DNA from: Bugula neritina
Lineage: Eukaryota; Animalia; Bryozoa
Direction: 5' to 3'
DNA length: 64,000 nt
Assembly: GCA_964035545.1 (NCBI GenBank)
Contig: OZ037767.1
Coordinates: 24,568,628 to 24,632,627 of the forward strand
The translations under genes and the position numbers were made by a program. Each line of letters opens with the position of its first letter. The stretch's first letter is position 1. The notes under the pieces were generated by a model, which saw only the letters and a program-made list of their open reading frames with translations, was not told where the DNA came from and did not search any database. Of this stretch, positions 14,944 through 28,269 are shown in pieces.

Positions 14944-15245
14944 TACTTTGATGGCAACAAGTCATTTTTATTAGTCCGTGAATGAGTCTTGCACGAGATA
15001 CAAGCATCAGAACATTGCCAAATTAATAGAGAAACTTAGTAGAAATGAAATAATCACTGTTGCTAAAATTCTATTGACTAATCAAATTGTACTTATCGTT
15101 GATTGTGATTTTTCGTCCATCGTCATCGTTGTGCACACCCAACGATGACGATTTCGTTTGAATTCCCTCAAATTTTCTCGTACGAATGTTTTTTCGTGTC
15201 AAATAGACGATTTCGTGTGATTCTCACGATCGTGTGGCCAGGGCT
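14384..15245. mobile_element. Non-autonomous DNA transposon (MITE), PIF/Harbinger (Tourist)-like
   Basis: Perfect 35-bp terminal inverted repeats agccctggccacacgatcgtgagaatcacacgaaa (14384-14418 / 15211-15245), flanked by TTA on both sides (14381-83, 15246-48); no transposase ORF. Confidence 0.9.
14870..14942. repeat. (TA)n microsatellite inside the MITE
   Basis: Pure TA run. Confidence 0.97.
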
Positions 15246-15282
15246 TTACTCATGATATGTATTAGCCAGGCGCATTGTATTG

Positions 15283-15290
15283 TATAAAAG
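15283..15290 (+). promoter_or_regulatory. Candidate TATA box for MMP paralog A
   Basis: TATAAAAG consensus about 640 bp upstream of the first recognisable MMP-A exon; motif match only. Confidence 0.3.
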
Positions 15291-15928
15291 GCCACACTTG
15301 AAGTTCATTGTCACATTCACTGTGCCTTACTTTTGAGTCTTGCTAGCATTTACCTGGTAGAGATTGACTTATTTCAAGTTCTCTACATTACTTTTACTTT
15401 TGATCATAGTCTATAAAAATACAGTTTTATACTGTAATGCTGTTGGATTTATTTTATACTTGTTTGTGAAATGAATTGATCCCTAAATTGGTAAAATTTA
15501 TTAGCAAGCTGTTAATTTTGCATACATATAACTAGCATTGTAAATTGGCAATTGAAGCTTGTTTCCTATGTTCTATTGCTAAGCATTTATCCAATATTGC
15601 ACTTTTCCACAGGTGGGGTTTTGTCAAAATGGATAATTATTCTATCACACTGGTATTGGCAGTTGTCTTTTCTGTAGCTTCTGGTACAGCTGAGAAGACA
15701 ACTTTCCAAGACAATTACAAGTAAGTTTTTTGATAATAGATAATTGCTTGCATGCGCATTAGTTGGCAAAAAGAATTTTTGGTTTGACAATACTGTTTGT
15801 AAAAAAATATAAAATTCAGTTTCTATGTAAAATAAGCTAGGATTATAATCCTAGCCACTTTCATATTTTTAATTATTTCCATTACCTTTTGCATTTATTA
15901 TATAAAAATAATTTATATTTTCCTGTAG

Positions 15929-17972
15929 ACAATTAAAACTGTTCAGCAAGATAATAAGTGGCAAGTCTCCTTTCAAAAGAGCCCTAGCAGTAGTCACCCC
16001 AGCAGCTTCATCTGGTATCTCACTTTCATATGCATGTAATACTATTGTAAGATAACCTCTATGTGTAAGAAAGTAATATCTATTACACCGCGTATTTGTA
16101 TAATCGTGTAAAAATTTAACAAGTTAAAAGACAGCATGCTATATTGTAACAATGTATGTAAGAAGTTTGTGAAATATTTTCTACAGCCTACATAATCATT
16201 AGTCCAAGGCACTGAATTGGAATACATCATTTCAGTAGTCCAAAGCAACTGCGTAAACTGATAGCAATAGTAGTTATTGGTGTTGTAAATAATTTCACCT
16301 CCACACAAGAGGAGTCAGCATAAAGTCATAAGTTCGATCTCCAGTGAAGGCAATTGGTGATGTTAGGAAAAGCATCCAGTCATAATTGCTCCTGTGCCAT
16401 ATATGAATATAGGTCATTAGCCCGCCTAAAAAGCCCTTTCTATTAGGGGTTCTTACAAGAATAGTGACTATAAACTTGTTTGAGTTTCTTTTATATCTAC
16501 AAGCTTCACAATAAAGTTACTACTTATATTCTATGTACATGATATTCCGATGTAATGTTGTCAGTGAATTTGTCTACACCTGCTGATGATTTCTTTTCTG
16601 CCAATGCCTATTGCCCATGGCCTGAAAGCATAGTATCTCGTAGCGCTGCCAGGAAATCTTTTGGCTTTCAAGCTGCTCCGTCAAAATGGACTGCCCCCGT
16701 TTCACTGACTGCAAAGTTTGCAAACTACTCGGCCAGAATGAGTGTTGATGACCAAGACGATGCTATGGAGAATGTGACTTCAGTGAGTGCGACACACCAA
16801 CTATCTCATGGGCACAGTTTATGCACCAATGTTCAGTTACATAGTCTCACTTTATCAACAAAAGTCAATTTTTCTTTTGGTTTCAAACTGATTTCACAGA
16901 TTATAGATGGTACCAGACACTGACTAAGGATAGTCATTAAACAAATTTAAGAAATAGTATATTAGTTTGTATTTTTGTATATTTGAATTTATAGCAATGG
17001 AACTCCATCTGTAGTAATGTTCAGGTGACATTCATAAGGAGAGAGAATGAGAATTACTCTAGCAGCGCCGACATACTCATTTCCTTTGATGACTATTATG
17101 TTACTGGATATCCTAACAGAAGGGGCGGTGTATACGCATATACTTACTACCCGACTTACAGCGCCATCAAACTAGACAACACAGAACTCTGGGCTAGTAA
17201 GAAATCCATATTTGATAACACATACTTTTAGCATTTACATCACTGTACCAATCTGAAGTGGCAGTCAAATATCTGTGTTATTGCACTACTCATATTTCCT
17301 TTGCTTTTCTGGTGCCACTTGTACATTATTGCTATTTTACATACGTGTTAAGATGTTTTGTGTGAATTTCATGTAGTCAAAATGCTGAATGAATATAATG
17401 TAAAAAATTTCTTGTGATCTGATTTGTTGATCACTGTTTAGCGAGTTTACTTCTCAAAATTTCGTTTTAATTTTCTACTTCAATCAATTGTCCATTTTTG
17501 AAAGTAGCTAGTGAATTTTTTTGAGGAAAAATTTTGCAACATGGCAGTAGTCTTTGGTAAATGCAATTGTAACCGGAGTTTTGCTCTCGCTGGCCATGTA
17601 TTATGGGAATGGCAGGTAACTCCTGAAGCAGACTTTTATTGCATGCGATATCCCGCTTTATGTTGCCTTGGCTTTACTTGCTGGTCTCGCACGCACGCAC
17701 GCACACGCACGCACGCACACGCACGCACGCACACCACCCATACTATTTTGTATGAGTCTTGTTGGAAATTTGTAGCCCTACATTAGACTATGTGTGTAAT
17801 TGCAGGGAAACCATTACAGATTGTTCTACTTCATGAGATGGGACATGCCCTTGGCTTAGGTCACTCAGATCTCCAGTCTGCTGTCATGTACAAGTACTAC
17901 TCTTTCAACAAATTCATGCTGAGCTCAGATGATATTGATGGTCTAAAGCATGTATATTGTAATAGCAACTAG
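15929..17972 (+). CDS. Minimal matrix metalloproteinase (M10A), paralog A; first coding exon not found
   Basis: Exons 15929-16014, 16565-16782, 16995-17196, 17806-17972 with the same intron phases (2,1,0,1) as the paralogs. HEMGHALGLGH, Met-turn AVMY, LSSDDIDGLKHVYC then stop. Confidence 0.85.
16305..16410 (+). mobile_element. Degraded SINE-like repeat (family also at ~23.8 kb and ~24.4 kb)
   Basis: B-box-like gttcgatctcc followed by shared tail catccagtcataattgctcctgtgcca. Confidence 0.45.
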
Positions 17973-19150
17973 CTAGTTCACATCTCTGTTGGAATGAAAT
18001 TCACTCTGTAGTTGTTATAATTCACTGTTACAATTAGCCATACTACATTATATATCTACAGTAGAAACATATTTTATACTTTTACAATCATATATTTATC
18101 ATTAAATTATCTAATCATTACAATCATTATATGTTTAAACTTTTCGAAGTAGGTTGAATCATTTTTAAACTTATTTTGCATGAGGATTAATATAAAATCT
18201 AACAAATAATTCAAATATCGCAATCTCATGCTATTACTAGGCCTGCTAGAGTTTTCTTGATAATTTCCATTAAAAAATATGCACTGCTGCAATCTTTCCA
18301 ACTTGAGGTTTTAAAGCTACCTGTGGAAGCAGTTATGCATAAAATATTAATAGGCTACTGTACTACACAATTGTCTGCCATTTACCTATATATAACTTTT
18401 GCAATACTTAATAAAGATATTGTAAACAATAAAAACTGTAACAGAATAAAAAAGTTTATGATAGCCAACCATACTTACTAAATCCATGCAACCAAATATT
18501 CTACAGACTAATATATAAGTAGCATATTTTTACTGCACGTTACTACATTAAAACCCAGAGTATTTAGGAATTAAGTTTTCATGCCTGCATATCTGCTCAT
18601 AGATGTGTTTCAGCTCGATCTATGTAAAAAGATGGTTAATTGAAGAAATTTTCATTGATTTTATTATCATTACAACTTTTCTGAAGATTTAAAATTACAA
18701 CTAAAGTGAGTGACTGCAAAAGAAAGCGATGGCATGTACACACTAGTGTAAATATTATACTTTGAACTTTAAACTTTTATAAAATCAGCAAGCTATTTAT
18801 TTACTACTAAAGCAAAATCTTGAGGCATAAATATCCGTTCATCTAATATGTTGAAATCTAACTCCCAGAAACTTTTCTACAGACACGAAAATATGAATAA
18901 TTAGCATTAGCTTCATTAATTTTATTAACATCTTTCATAAAATAACAATAACATAACATATCCCATACTATATTAAATAAATCTAGGGAAGCTTCAAAAG
19001 TTAAATGTGTAATAAATATTATTCTATAAACTATGATTAATTTTTTACAGAAGTCAAGCATCAACATCACAGTTTCTGTAACTATGACAAAATATTATGG
19101 CAATTGAAAAACAAAATCATTCAAACTACAGTATAATAGAAGAAATTTGA

Positions 19151-21789
19151 TCAAGAGCAATATATGGAGGTTAGAGCACTTATATCGTCTTGGGTTAGAT
19201 TTTGCCTAGCATCACTTAAAAAAGGATACATCATGGATCCCAAGTTCTTAGAGTGACCAAGTCCCAGAGAATGCCCAAGTTCATGTAGCAATACAGACAT
19301 GAGTAACGGTTCTGTGAAGCATTAGAAAAGTTGTTATTCAATGCCACAAAAAAGGTGGGTGCAGTAATGGAGAAATTGAGAAAAGCCTGTGTTCTAGATT
19401 GAAAATGTAGCAAAGGAAGTTGTGTTCTCGCAAAAAATTTCAACCCGCACCTCACACCAAAATTTAATAATAAAATTAAAGAACTTGGGCTATCTCAATT
19501 TTGCTACTACTGCTCCTGAATGCACATAAACATGTTGTGCTGTTGCCATCAAAACATTAAGTAACTCGCCTGTCCAGGGTTCAGTAATGTCCAGACTAAT
19601 GTCTCCAGTGGGCGGAGAAAAAGCGAAAGCCACAACCCCTCCCCGTCGGTACCGGATGCCCCGTGGCGTGTGAACGTCAAAAGAGATCACAATGTCTGCC
19701 TCAGTTGATTGGCCATTAGAGAGAAGTGTAATGTTTACATTATCACATGGTCTATTCCATTGCTAAATTGTTCATAGTATACTGTATGAAATAAACTGTA
19801 ATAACTAGTATTTAGATATGTTATTTTACAGAATGCACGTGATTTAGTCAAAGTACTGCAAAGGAAAATGAAGCAACTCCCTACATGACTTTTTTTACTA
19901 ATAGAAGGTGGGCTTAAACTACATATATGAGAAAATACAGAATATATTGAACTATGCTTATTTATATTGAAGCTTACAAAACCTACTTTAAATAATCAAA
20001 CATTATTATAAAGGAAGGAATAGTGTGTTGCAGCCATTTTTAAATTTCAAAAGCTTTCTGTTTTCATTAAAATTTTCAGTTGCTAGCATATGAATGAGAT
20101 GTCTTGTTTAATTGAGAAAATTTAGCATTGCAATAGCTGCTTAAACTTGTAAACACAGTTTGAATACAAATATTTCAACAAATTAATTTCTCTTTAAATC
20201 CGATATGAATGGTTAATTAATTAAAACTAATCGTATTACTAAAATAAAAAAGCAGACAAAAGAAAGGCCACTTCAAATTATTTACTACTTTTCACAGAGA
20301 AAGTTGCATGAGTTAAAATAGTTGTATATGCAGTTTTAATTATACTTCTTCAATTATTACTGTGACCACTCTAGGCAGCTAGTGATGAAAATGCATTGTG
20401 CAGTAGTATAGTAATATTTGAAAAAGAGAAGACAATTATCAATTGAAACCACTGCTTACAGTAATTGCATCTAATGCAGCAGCATGTTGAGTCCTGGTGG
20501 ATAGCTTAGTTGAGTAATTGCGATATCCAACAGTTATATTTCTGGGGGATCGCCATCTACTTCCAAACAACGCATATCTCTTCTTCCTTTGATTAACAGG
20601 GTCAACGTTGGGAATTCCGCAAGGACGTTTTGACATGAGCTCTGTTTCAGTACTGTCTGAGTCATTAGAATTAAGCAATGTTGTTATATAATATGTTGAA
20701 ATCTCAGGCTAATTTAGACGTTGCAATCTTTTTATTTTCTACATTACCTATTGCTGGGGAACTATCATTTTGCAGCAAGGTGTAGGTTCTTAGGCTATCA
20801 GTAATGTTTTTCCTTCTCCATAGGTCTACAGGATTGCGTCTATGTTCATTCATCTCTCTACAAATGATAGCACCTTTAGAATTGGAGTAAAAAAAGATTA
20901 AAAGCATACTACCAAATTTGACTTTAAAATGAGCAATAATTTAATTTTTGACTGGGTTTAAATTTTTTTAGCTGAAAGACATTAATTGCTTGACTTTATT
21001 TAACACATTTTAACATATTCAAAAAGATGCAATTTAAGTTTAGCCTATCATCTTAAAGCTACATTAAGTGATTAACATATGATCGTAATAGCAATAACTA
21101 TCAGTCATAACATATTAGCAAACTTTGAGTTGAAAATAAAAATAGAAACTGTATTGAGAGGGTTTTCTGTCTTTAGAAAAAACCAGAAGCTATGTCATAA
21201 AGCTTTAGCTTAGCAAAAATATACATTAATTTCTGATTTTTAGAGTAGAGTAGTTATAAAAAGACTACCCCTTTTTACTATAATACCCTCACATTTAGCT
21301 AAAAATAAAAAATAGTTTGCATAATAAAACTAAAAAAGTGATTTTGAATAATTCCACATATTATACGTTAACTCACCTAAACCCCAAGGTATTATTAAAT
21401 TGCATTAGTATTTTTAATCAAATTAATATCAATATAGAATTTTTCAACCTGCAGTTGCCACATTTTACAAAATATTAAATCTAATTTGTTAGTAGATTAG
21501 TATTACATGCTACAAAATAAAAATACATTTTCAAATTAACAAATAAAAATAAATTTAAATATGTATTTGATTTACTGTTTAATTACAATTTTTTCAAAAG
21601 CCCAATACCTAGATAAAGTATAGCTTTAGAAGTAAAAGTAAGCTTTTATACCAACCTATTTAACCAGTTTCTATTTTCACTTTGTTCTTTATTTCTTCTT
21701 GTGAGGATAGTTCTCCTTAATTCCCCTCTTCTTGCTAAACAGACTGGTGCCACAAGAATCACAAAAATAGCTAACTTTGCAAAACTCAT
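19151..21789 (-). CDS. Minimal matrix metalloproteinase (M10A), paralog B, complete
   Basis: Exons 21789-21656 (signal peptide MSFAKLAIFVILVAPVCLA), 20857-20748, 20656-20460 (RPCGIPN switch, RKKR furin site), 19762-19570, 19311-19151 (HELGHSLGLGH, SMMYP, LTQDDISALTSIYCS*). The last intron has a GC donor; the last exon is not in the ORF track. Confidence 0.9.
19358..19517. mobile_element. ~160-bp MITE, copy 1 (in last intron of MMP-B)
   Basis: Imperfect TIRs ggtgcagtaatggagaaattgag ... ctcaattttgctactactgctcct; homologous to copies at 22428 and 27605. Confidence 0.8.
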
Positions 21790-22427
21790 TTTATTCGGTC
21801 TGCTGATAAAATGAATAATAGAAAAATGGTGCAATGTTACAAAATTTGTTTATGATAACTTTTATACAGCTTATACTGAATAATTTTCAAAAGTTCTAGT
21901 TTTTATACTATAGAGTACAGAGTATAGAGTATAGACTGCCCAATGAAGACACGGCAAACAATAAACAAATAGACTTAGAACATGCTGATCTAGTATTCAA
22001 GTTATTTTACTACAAGCAACACTTCTGCTACAACTGTAAGAACAAAGGACCACATTCTAAGGCCTAAAAATGGGTTGATTCATAAACATTGTTTCTAAAT
22101 GTTATTTTCAGCATATATCAGTGAACAGAATTACATAATAGATCACAAAAGCCTAATGAATGCATATATAAATAAACTGCTTTCTGAGAGGTTTAAATGC
22201 AAGGCTAAAATAACAGGTTAGAGCTGTTAGTACTGCACTAATTACTTTATTTTGAGAATGTACTGTTACTGCAGTCTGCAACATTGTGGAAACGTGTCAT
22301 AAATTCATTAGCTAACAGAAATATTTATGAAATTAATTTTAAATTATGGTGCATTTATTGGGTAAAGATCTAACAGTTGTTGACTCTTATTAACATGCAA
22401 AAATAATATTTTTACTGTCATTTTAGA

Positions 22428-22567
22428 TAGGTACAGTAATGGAGAAATTGATAAAAGTCTGTGTTCTAGATTAGAAATACAGTAAAAGAAGTTATGTTTC
22501 CCAAACCAGAATTTAATAAAAAGATTAAAAGACTTAGGCTATCTCAATTTCTCCACTATTGCTTCTA
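22428..22567. mobile_element. ~140-bp MITE, copy 2 (internally deleted)
   Basis: taggtacagtaatggagaaattga ... tctcaatttctccactattgcttcta. Confidence 0.8.
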
Positions 22568-22973
22568 AATGTCTTCTTTAGCCTCATTTTACAATATTCC
22601 AGTTTACAGCTTCAGTTTTTCCCTTTTCATTACATTTCTATGATGCTAGGTTGTAGAGAAGCTGTCTAGTTCTTTAAGTAACTAATTAAAACTACAAGAA
22701 ATACTAATGCTAATAAAAGCTCACATCTGATTATAATCTCCTTTCCTGTGAGAATTTTTGATTTCCACATGAGCTCAGAGTAGTATCTCTACCATGCTGG
22801 CAATGCGGTTTGGGAGCTTCTCTTTCTGACATCTCTGAGCCAGTGGCCTGTGTCATACTATGAGGCCTGTGCTGTGACCACTATACTACGCTTGCTCCCT
22901 AAAGTGTAAGTGCTTAGCCCATACTTCGTGTAGTGTAAATTGACAAAACACACATGTACAATTCACACGCGCG

Positions 22974-23078
<105 letters not shown>

Positions 23079-23772
23079 CCATGTAATGCATGCTAATGTC
23101 TATACACCACTAAAGTTGTCATACTAATACACAACAGAAGTTTCCTTGTGCCACCTTCATTATTTGAGGGAGGGGTTTATTGTGTAACCCAGAAATCACA
23201 ATAATATTTCATAGATTGTTGGTACATATTACATAGGACAACAGAGTATTAAAACACTTTCCACATAATGATTTATCAAGTATTATTTACATTTTAAAAG
23301 CAAATCAAAATGTAAAACATTACAAAAATTTATTACAAGCTTATGTGGTGATGAATTTATATCAACTAATAATTTACTGGTCCTGTAGTAATGTGAACAA
23401 GAGTAAACTTATCATTGGTTTTTGGTGGTTGTAACTTAGATGGCCTGTTGTATAACATTTAACACTTGTTTATTTTTCTACTTTTCTTGACTCAAGGACA
23501 AATTCTTGGAAGCAACAAATTATATCAGTTCATTAATGGATATTTGTGATGTTTTTCTAATGAAGTCAAACTTTTTGAAGGTAATGGTCAGTATTGTCCT
23601 TTTTGCATTTTTACATACATACATACAGATTATCTGTAAAATGAGATCATGCCAAAATATTCTGTCATTAGATTATTGTAGGGGATGTGGGGGTCCAATT
23701 TGTCATGGGCTTGTGTGCAGCTATTTATATGTACAATCTGAAGCTTTTTTAGCTTTAGCTTATTGCTAGCAG

Positions 23773-23890
23773 TAGGGAGCAGCGCAGTCTAGTGGCTAGA
23801 AGACTGGCTAAGTAAACACAAGCGCAGTGGCTGAAATCCCATTATAGGCGATGTTGAGACATTCAGTGGTGATTGCTCCTTTGTTACAAT
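23773..23890 (+). mobile_element. Degraded tRNA-derived SINE-like repeat
   Basis: gagcagcgcagtctagtggctag..ggctaagtaaac..attcagtggtgattgctcct; inverted relative at 24372-24458. Confidence 0.45.
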
Positions 23891-24371
23891 AGAAAGCTTT
23901 TCCATCAGGAGTTCTCACAGGGATAGTAACTGTAAACCCACATCATAGGATGTGATGGTATTGTAGTGTACTTATCTTTGAGTAACAAAGCAGAGGGAAT
24001 AAAATAATTATTTTCAGTCCATAATATTATTTTCGTGAAGCTTGAAGTTGGAGTTATTTTCTCTGTTAGTTGAAATAATTCTTTTTCCTTCAAAAGAAAC
24101 GGATTTACTTAGCTATGCACTATGATGGAAGGCTTTTATAATAAAACTATGTAGATATATCTGTATAAGGAGTCTTAAAACCTAATAATGTTACATTTTG
24201 ATACTTTCCAAGTATTGTAGTCATGATTATGTCATTTTATAATACCTAGCTGTAAATATGGGCTTTTAATAAAACCTTTTAAAAAGTCAGTTACTTTTAC
24301 CAACAATAAAACATCCCACAAGTTTGTAATCACTATCACTGTAAGAACTCTTGGTGGAAAGGGATTTTTTC

Positions 24372-24458
24372 TGATGTGGCACAGGAGCAAATACGACTGA
24401 ATTGGACCCATTACTTCGGGTTTACTCAGCCAATGCTAAGACTATGACTGCTCTCTGT
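24372..24458 (-). mobile_element. Degraded SINE-like repeat, inverted copy
   Basis: Reverse complement gagcagtcatagtcttagcattggctgagtaaac..attcagtcgtatttgctcctgtgccac resembles the 23773 and 16305 copies. Confidence 0.45.
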
Positions 24459-24634
24459 TGTACTAACAATATTAATTAGAATAAGGTGATTTATATTCTA
24501 CTGTTTCTAATATTAACAATCAGTTATATGGAAAGTTAATCTAAATTTACAATAATTACTGTCTGAATTATTGTCTTTTAAAATAATCCAAGTCAAAAAA
24601 TTCAGGGAAAATCTACAAGTGAAGTCTACATTAC

Positions 24635-24965
24635 AATATAACGATATATTATAATTAAATTATATAATATAATATAATATAACATAATATAATACAGTTA
24701 ATTTTCGACTACAACATAATATAGCAGAATATAATTTAACATAGTGTAATACGTTCTAATGTAATATAGTGATATATATTATTATAATTTAATATAGGTA
24801 GTATAATTTTATAGATAATATAATATAGCATAATGCTATATTACATAACACAATATAGTATAATATAATTATAACATAGCATTATATAACATACTAAAAT
24901 GCAATAAAGTACAATTTAGCTATATTATAAAATATGTTATATAGTAAAATATGCTATGATATCAT
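24635..24965. repeat. Degenerate (AATAT)n pentamer satellite
   Basis: aatataatataacataatataatacag...; similar tract at 39310-39665. Confidence 0.75.
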
Positions 24966-25263
24966 ATACACTGCATTGGCACTTCAGTTTCCCTTTTACA
25001 ATTGCTCATTGCAATTAAACAATAATACAATAGCAGTTGTTGCTTTACTCCATATAAAATTACAATTCATTATATATAATGTAATTCAATCTTGCAGTAG
25101 ACACTAAAAGCTCATGCAGGCATAAAGCATACTTGGCTTTTTATTCCCACATAATACTGAATAAGTTCTTATCTCTTCCACTACCATTTGTAAACATATA
25201 CAAAATTTCTACTCCTAAATATGAATTTCTTAATACTATTTTTAATCTTTTTTACATCAACAG

Positions 25264-28200
25264 AAGATTTAATTAGAACTTCATCTGCCAGAAAACTTGA
25301 AGGGAATAACATGGGACCTACTACAAGGTTAGTATGCTAATTATATGCTACTGCTCACGAAAAGTGGACTACATTTTGAATACCTCGTAGGTGGCAACTT
25401 GTAAGGCAACAATTTGAACTCTATATGAGATTGTTTTTATCTAACAGGCTACTTGCTGGTAAAATTGTTTGATTAAAAGACTGGAATGATATTTAATTTT
25501 GAAACAGAAATACTAGCCTAACATATTATTACTTTTACTAATACTATGTTATTACTAGTATACTACGATTTATCAGTTATACCTTAATTTAACTGTGCAC
25601 TTAAGGCATCTTCTTTTAAAAATTACATGTTGGGAGACAAACTGTGTTTAGATTCAAGTAAACATAGTACCCTTGACATGTAATATAATATGCCTGATTA
25701 TAGTGCAACACTACAATAATGTTGATCTTGAATTTATTCTCTATTATTATATGATTGCTTATTTTGTGTTGACAACCTACAATTATGACATCAACAAAAT
25801 AATGGAAGTGTTTATTTATTTACAATTTTTAAAAACAGGGCATATATACCTCCAATTTTTATTGTCTTTTGTATTTGGAGTTTTCTTTTCTTCCCTTTCA
25901 ACTCGACACTTACCATACTTGCAAGCCAAACTTTTTCCCTTTAGTTCAAACACATTTAATGATTCTTTTTTTTACATGACAATAGATATTTAATCTATAG
26001 CTATCACGTGTTCTGTGTAGATAGAGTGCAATGCATTATATTCTTTAAACACAATTAAATATTGAATGATCTTGATCACTTTTCATATTATAATAATTAT
26101 ATAGAAATTAAAATCGCTCTATAAAATTATTATTTGATACAGAAATAATATACTTTCATTAATATTTGTTCAAACGCCTATGATCTATGGCAAATAGACT
26201 ATTTTCATATATTTTTATAGTGCAGTAATATTTGCCATTAATTAAAAGCAATTATTTTTTCTTAGTAGAATATGAGTAAAGCTTCACAGCACTAGAGTTA
26301 TGATTTGATTGACACAAATGTTGAATATTGCATATTTTTCAACTAATTAAGCTAGTTTATGTTCACAGTGTAAGACAAAATGATACTGTAATGCCACAAA
26401 GTGGAGGAAACGTGCCATGTTTTCATTAGTGTTAGAGCAAGAGTACACAACTCTTACGTATACACTAATATGAAATATTATGGTCTAACTTTATTAATTG
26501 CTTTTCGTCATAAATGACAGTGATTGTGTTTTATTTTAAGCAAAGGGCTGTTTTTTTTTAGGAACTTGAATAGTTTTATGATAACAAACTCACCAGAAAA
26601 AGCTAAAAGCATTGATAGCAGGGGAACTTTAAACTTACAACAGACAGGTAATAATAGTCTGATAATCTTTAATCTTCAGCAAAATTTATTGATCGTCTGT
26701 ATATTCATAAGTAACAAAGTAAAAACATTTCTGATACACTACCTGAAGCATAATTGACTTTTTCAGTTTTTTGTTGACAAGCGTTTAGATATATATTTGC
26801 TCTTATTTTTGAATTGGTCAGACAACACAACTGCAGAAGCTCTGCTTAGACATCATTGCAGTATTTCTCACTCATCTGCTGTCAGTCAAAGACGCAAGAG
26901 ATTTGTAAAGATAGGTTTAAAATGGCCGACACCTGTGACTTTAACTGTTCGATACTATAACTATTCAACTAGACTTCCAGTTGAAGTTCAGGATGAAGTT
27001 GCATCAGATGTTATAAACGTATGTAAATTTATTTGCAGTATTTATGTAACTGCCATTTTACTCAGTATTATTGGGGGGTTGTGTTTCCATTATGTCAATA
27101 TGCTGATCTAATGAAGATTTCATAGGCTTGAACTTTAGGAGCTTCATCTTTTACTTTGATAAATTGAGAAATCATTTTAGCTTACAAAATTATGTATTAA
27201 AATATTTTACAGTTATAAAAGAAATTTAAATACAATTATAACTATGATTGTTTTGTTTTCAGCAATGGAACACCCCTTGCGATAATGTGAACATCATCTT
27301 TTTTTCCAACGGACGATCAACACGTTCAAATATAGTCATCTCATTTAATGATTACACACGCACTGGGAAGAAATATAAGAGAGGGGGCATTCTAGCTTTT
27401 ACCTATTATCCAAGGAATGGAAACATTGGGATAGACAACTCAGAACTTTGGACAAGTGAGTTATTTATTGATATTATAGATGTAATACATGTCATGTAGA
27501 CAACTTATCGAGTTCACAATTCAGCCCTTCCTGTATTATAAAGTTAGTAGGGTATAGTGGTGCAGTGTATTGGGACTTACATCACATGCACTACAAAGTT
27601 GAAGTAGGTGCAGTAATGGAGAAGCTAAAAAAAGCCCGTGTTCTATATAAGAAATAGCGAAAAAAGTTATTGTTTTGGCAAAAATTTCAATCCACGCCCA
27701 GAACCAAATTCTATTTAAAAAATCAAAGAACTTGGGTTGTTAAAGTTTTTCTACTACTGCACCTAAATGACAAAGTAGCAGGCACTGTGAAAAACCAATC
27801 ACATTGAGTGAGACCGGGAGGAACGAATGTCGCCCTCAATATCAGGCACTTCAGGGAAGATCTAATAGGGCTAAAGGAAAGTGAATGTCTCACAGATTGT
27901 ACTCAAATGATGTATTTTCATTTGCTCAATCGTAGAGTTATTCGGGTAATTACTTGATGTCATCAGTTCATTTACTACTCTAAGTGCTCGGCTTTTTTAA
28001 TGTAGACCGCCACAATAGTTCTGCTCAGCGTGCTCATTGGTTTTAATAGACCCAAACCCCATTAAGAATATGTTTTGTCTTGTCTAATAGATAGACTGCA
28101 TTTTGCAGGAGACGCACTCAAGACTGTACTGCTACATGAATTAGGACACTCTCTGGGACTTGCTCATTCTCTCCAACGTAGTGCTGTCATGTATCGCTAT

Positions 28201-28269
28201 GCAATAATGAATAAACACGAACTCACTCAAGATGACATCAATGGGTTAAGATCCATATACTGTCCTTGA
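25264..28269 (+). CDS. Minimal matrix metalloproteinase (M10A), paralog C; signal-peptide exon not resolved
   Basis: Exons 25264-25327 (tentative), 26562-26647, 26822-27018 (RHHCSISH, RRKR furin site), 27263-27455, 28109-28269 (HELGHSLGLAH, AVMY, LTQDDINGLRSIYCP*). AATAAA at ~28315. Confidence 0.87.
27605..27765. mobile_element. ~160-bp MITE, copy 3 (in last intron of MMP-C)
   Basis: TIRs taggtgcagtaatggagaa ... tttttctactactgcaccta. Confidence 0.82.

Noticed and set aside
23560-23640. MKSNFLKVMVSIVLFAFL as MMP-C signal peptide
   Set aside because: No convincing donor joins it in frame to the 25264 exon; left unresolved.
24433-24486. Signal-peptide-like frame (MLRL*LLSVVLTILI) as MMP-C exon 1
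   Set aside because: Contains an in-frame stop and overlaps a SINE-like repeat.
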